A stretch of DNA of 64,000 bases, taken from positions 12,712,001 through 12,776,000 of the forward strand of contig NC_087250.1 in assembly GCF_037042905.1 (NCBI RefSeq), in the 5' to 3' direction. Positions within the stretch are counted from its first letter, which is position 1; every line of letters starts with the position of its first letter. The stretch is from Lytechinus pictus. Its lineage: Eukaryota. The translations under genes were made by a program, and so were the position numbers. The notes below the pieces were generated by a model. It was not told the origin of the DNA. It did no database searches and was given only the letters and a program-made list of their open reading frames with translations. This document shows, piece after piece, positions 61,737 through 64,000 of this stretch.

Positions 61737-61974
61737 TTAACTTTCATGCAATGGGGCCCTGGGAGGGTAGCAAAACAAGATTAATTTTACAATTGATATG
61801 TGATCTCTTTGTCCTAGGATTGTCATACATGTTCACTATGGTAAATATAGTAACAAGTAATTTTACAATTGGTTGTCTATGTTTTATGAAGGGGCATTAC
61901 ATGTAGGGCCTGAGGATAATACAAATAGGCAAAATATTTATTTACATAACAGCTCTATCTTTTGTAGCTCTACA

Positions 61975-62925
61975 GAAAGAACGGGAGAGAAAGGGAGAGC
62001 GAACAGGAAAGGGGAGCAAAGGGGGAGGGGTAGGGGAAGTACATGTACATGAATGGAGAAAGATATTGAGCATGGAGAGATAGGCGAGAGACAAGTACAT
62101 GTAGGGCTTCATTACTCGTAGGGGCAACAATGGAAGATGGGGGAGGGGAGATAGAGGGGTGGGGAGAGGAGGGGGAAGAGAGAGAGAAAGGGAGAGAGGG
62201 GAGAGGATCAGGAAGGGGGTAAGGGAATTATGGAGAACAATATGGAGGGAGAGATAGGCGAGGGACAAGTAAGGCTACATACATGTAGGCCTTGTAGGGG
62301 AATGGAAGATGAGGAAATGGTGATGGAGGGGTGGGGAGAGGAGGGGAAGGAGAGAGAAAGGGAGAGAGGGAATCATGGAGAACAATATATAGGGAGGGAG
62401 ATGTAAGTGTGAGTGAGGGAAGAGGAGGGAGGGAAGCTGAGGGTGGGAGGTGGGGAGGGGAAGGGGTAGAGGTGGGGGAAGGGGTAGAGAGAGAAATTCA
62501 GTAATATGGTACAGACCATGCCTGGGAGGGAAGAGGACAAGTAAGGCTACATACATGTAGGGGAATGGAAGATGAGGGAGGGGAGATGGAGGGGTGGGGA
62601 GAGGAGGAGGAGGAGAGAAAGTGAGAGAAGGGAGCAGATCAGGAAGGGGGGTAAGGGAATTATGGAGAACGATATGGAGAGGGAGATAGGGAGGGAGATG
62701 TAAGTGCGAGTGAGGGAAGAGGAGGGAGGGAAGCTGAGGGGGGAGGTGGGGAGGGGAAGGGGTAGAGAGAGAAATTCAGTAGTATGGTACAGACTATGCC
62801 TGGGAGGGAAGAGGAGAGAAGAGGACGAGATGGGATATGGAGGGAGAGATAAGTAGGTGAGGGAGATGAAGGGAGAGGAAGGGGGAAGTGGAGATGGAGG
62901 GGGGGGGGCAGGATGGGGAAGAGAT
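61975..62925. repeat. Polypurine GA-rich tract with ~270-300-bp imperfect internal duplications
   Basis: ~62270-62545 and ~62545-62815 share aaggctacatacatgtagg and gagagaaattcagta.tatggtacagac. Confidence 0.85.
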
Positions 62926-63690
62926 ATAGTTGGTAGACTAAATAAGATAATGTTATCCCCAGGCTTTATCTGACTGGAATGCAGATGGATCAATTGAGAG
63001 AGACTGAGACAGCTTGTCCACCCATGGATGCATCATGTACACTCATGAACTAAATACTCTTCCATTTATAATACTGGGCCACATTATCTTACAGCTACAT
63101 ACATGTACACTATATTCCAAACTATTTGTTGCTGATCTGTCAAAATGATAGCAATCACTTTTCCCCACAACAGATTTAGAAATGATCCTGTCTTTGTGTC
63201 TTTGCTAAACTGTCATTTGTATCATAAAAAGAAATCTTTGAATTAAAAAAAAATCCCAGACTTTATGGCAAATATGTACTTGCAATTGTAAAGTTTCTAT
63301 CTACAATACATGTATGTTGATAACAAAAGGGTTTTTACATGCATCGGATTTGGGATTTGATGAACAACTGATTTATATTTAAATGAAAAGGGACATTGCC
63401 ATCCCATTAATAAATCATAAAAATATACCTTACAATTCAGTAGAAGTTGAATTAAGGCTATAATTAAGGTCCTAAAATTGAAGTTGCTATTTCCATTTTG
63501 CTTTTTTTTGTCATGTAATAGCAGAAGAATAATCTTGATAAATAGTTTTATCCTGTTTTGGATTCTTTAAAAGGCATGTGATGAATGACATCCAAGGGAT
63601 AGTCATTTCTTCACAAGTCAGATAACTTCCTCTTTGTACTATAAAATTATTTCAGTTGATATCATGACCTTGACGAAAGGTGAATAGCCA

Positions 63691-63917
63691 CCAAGGGTGG
63701 GTGGGGGGAGGGGCACTTCAATTGACTTTCTTAGCGAAATAGAATAGATACCCTTTCTTCATTATTTTAGTGTTTTTGACACCCTTATTAGTTATTACGT
63801 TCCGTACATAACATGCCCTATCTTGAAAAAGACATCCTTTTTACATGTTTTTTTTTTGGTCGCGCATAGTATCCACTCGTCAATGAAAGTGCTCCCCCCC
63901 CCCCCCCCCCACCCGGG
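63691..63917. mobile_element. MITE with cccggg(G)n-cact termini
   Basis: ..ggggcacttcaattgac ... gtcaatgaaagtgctcccc..cccggg; direct repeat atagcca on both sides. Confidence 0.72.
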
Positions 63918-64000
63918 ATAGCCACCAAACATCACTACTTTTTGGATAATAGCAAATTCTTAGGTCTGAAATTAGACTACTGGTTGGTTTAAGACGAATC

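Noticed and set aside
61942..62993. Pro/Leu/Ser-rich minus-strand ORFs
   Set aside because: Low-complexity GA tract.
55066..64000. Further THSD7-like exons
   Set aside because: No Cys/Trp TSP1-like segment with splice sites found; treated as one intron running out of the window. A very small exon could have been missed.

Overview
Repeat-rich, AT-rich animal genomic DNA with spliceosomal introns. The repeat landscape and gene content suggest an invertebrate deuterostome, probably a sea urchin (inference). Two convergent protein-coding genes were rebuilt by hand from GT-AG boundaries with consistent phase. (1) A complete 4-coding-exon SLC16/MCT-like MFS transporter on + (3727..15483, 451 aa). 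(2) The 3' 25 exons of a THSD7A/B-like thrombospondin-type-1-repeat, single-pass membrane protein on - (55063..20866, 1354 aa in window; 5' exons lie beyond 64000). A 5'-truncated, decayed non-LTR retrotransposon sits between them. Introns hold many non-autonomous elements: Kolobok-type TTAA, hAT-like, Harbinger-like, TA-flanked, a Helentron/HINE-like element, several tRNA-SINE families, LINE 3' fragments and long microsatellites. Most notable: a short element whose head resembles the 7SL/SRP RNA Alu domain fused to a SINE core (60126..60303); 35 copies of TACATGTA, the classic Tc1 excision footprint, 34 of them across the THSD7-like locus; two intronic partial exon duplicates; and a multi-layer nested transposon pile upstream of the transporter.
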